From NCBI GenBank assembly GCA_043739185.1, contig JAYUEN010000521.1:1-26653 (forward strand): 26,653 nt of DNA, written 5' to 3'. The stretch comes from Bdellovibrionales bacterium (GTDB taxonomy: Bacteria; Bdellovibrionota; Bdellovibrionia; Bdellovibrionales; JAMPXM01). The position numbers and the translations under genes are program-made. The notes beneath the pieces are model-generated. The model was given only the letters and a program-made list of their open reading frames with translations. It was not told the DNA's origin and searched no databases. This document shows, piece after piece, positions 25,788-26,653 of the stretch (position 1 is the stretch's first letter; each line of letters starts with the position of its first letter).

Positions 25788-26165
25788 ATGGAAATTTCTA
25801 TGGAAGGCATCGAACGAGTCAACTTTAAAAAAAATGATCTCCTGATCAAAGAGGGTGACACTGGTTTTTTCTTTTATATCATTCAAGAAGGCGAAGTTGA
25901 AGTTTTTCGCCCCTCTTCTCGTGGTAAAGAAAAAAGACTCAATGTTTTAAAAGAAGGCCAGGCCCTTGGCGAATTCGCCCTTGTCAGCAATCAAGCTCGG
26001 TCTGCTAGTGCCAGGGCTTTGACCGACGGCTTTGCTTATAAAGTTTCAGAAGAAAATTATAAACAATTATTGGCTGATTTGCCGGGTTGGGCGGTCGCGG
26101 TCATGTCTGGCCTTATTGATCGACTACAGAAAAATAATGAGATTTTTTTAGAACATTCATTCTAG
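25788..26165 (+). CDS. Stand-alone cyclic-nucleotide-binding domain protein
   Basis: SD GGAG before ATG 25788. Motifs LIKEGD.G..FYII.EGEVEV and the phosphate-binding cassette GEFAL....RSASARA. There is no HTH or other output domain. Confidence 0.88.
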   Translation: MEISMEGIERVNFKKNDLLIKEGDTGFFFYIIQEGEVEVFRPSSRGKEKRLNVLKEGQALGEFALVSNQARSASARALTDGFAYKVSEENYKQLLADLPGWAVAVMSGLIDRLQKNNEIFLEHSF

Positions 26166-26437
26166 AGTCGTTGAATAAGATGATAGCCAAATCGAGTCTT
26201 CACCGCTTTAGATATTTCTCCAATTTTTAATTTTTCAGCCTCTTCAGCAAAGTCAGGATCAAGCCTTGATAGATCGATCAAACCTAAATCGCCGCCGAGC
26301 GATGCAGAAGGACATTTTGAAAACTTTTTAGCCAACTCTGAAAAAGCATCACCTTCCTTTAACTTTTCAAGAAGATCATCGATCTCATATTGATGTGCGA
26401 CCAGAATATGCTTGAGTTGCATTTTTATTTGGCTCAT
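26162..26437 (-). CDS. ppiC: Parvulin-type peptidyl-prolyl isomerase
   Basis: Motifs HILV, FSELAKKFSKCPS..GGDLG and VKTRFGYHLI; 91 aa. Confidence 0.93.
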   Translation of the reverse strand: MSQIKMQLKHILVAHQYEIDDLLEKLKEGDAFSELAKKFSKCPSASLGGDLGLIDLSRLDPDFAEEAEKLKIGEISKAVKTRFGYHLIQRL

Positions 26438-26562
26438 GCCCGCCCCTTTTTACTCAATGTAATACCAAAAAAGACAATATCAGTCGAATAAATGAGTCCG
26501 TCAAGACAGAGGTTGACTCTTCTGAGCTAAATGACTATCTCTAATCGCTCAAAAGAAGTTAT

Positions 26563-26639
<77 letters not shown>

Positions 26640-26653
26640 TCAAAAATACTAAT

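Overview
AT-rich bacterial chromosomal window, probably Bdellovibrionota-like. The taxonomy is an inference from gene content and FxNC-type lipoprotein signals, not a database result. Left to right: a truncated Pro/Thr-repeat lipoprotein gene missed by the ORF track; a minus-strand chemosensory operon (cheW, P2-less cheA, cheR, a receiver-less cheD-cheB fusion and a secreted hypothetical) bracketed by two related ~80-bp elements, each inside a 49-codon hydrophobic ORF; a YceI gene; a CPAF-like S41 protease; a PAS-PAS histidine kinase with a degenerate H-box coupled to arfB; a divergent arginine cluster (argGH / argCJBF-argR, no argD) with ARG boxes; ilvE; a DUF1653-GNAT fusion; a small accessory patch (secreted protein, probable gene remnant, SASA esterase lipoprotein, second lipoprotein); an MFS-GST-cNMP operon; parvulin; and an initiator tRNA-Met. 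No transposase, integrase, CRISPR array or rRNA was seen.
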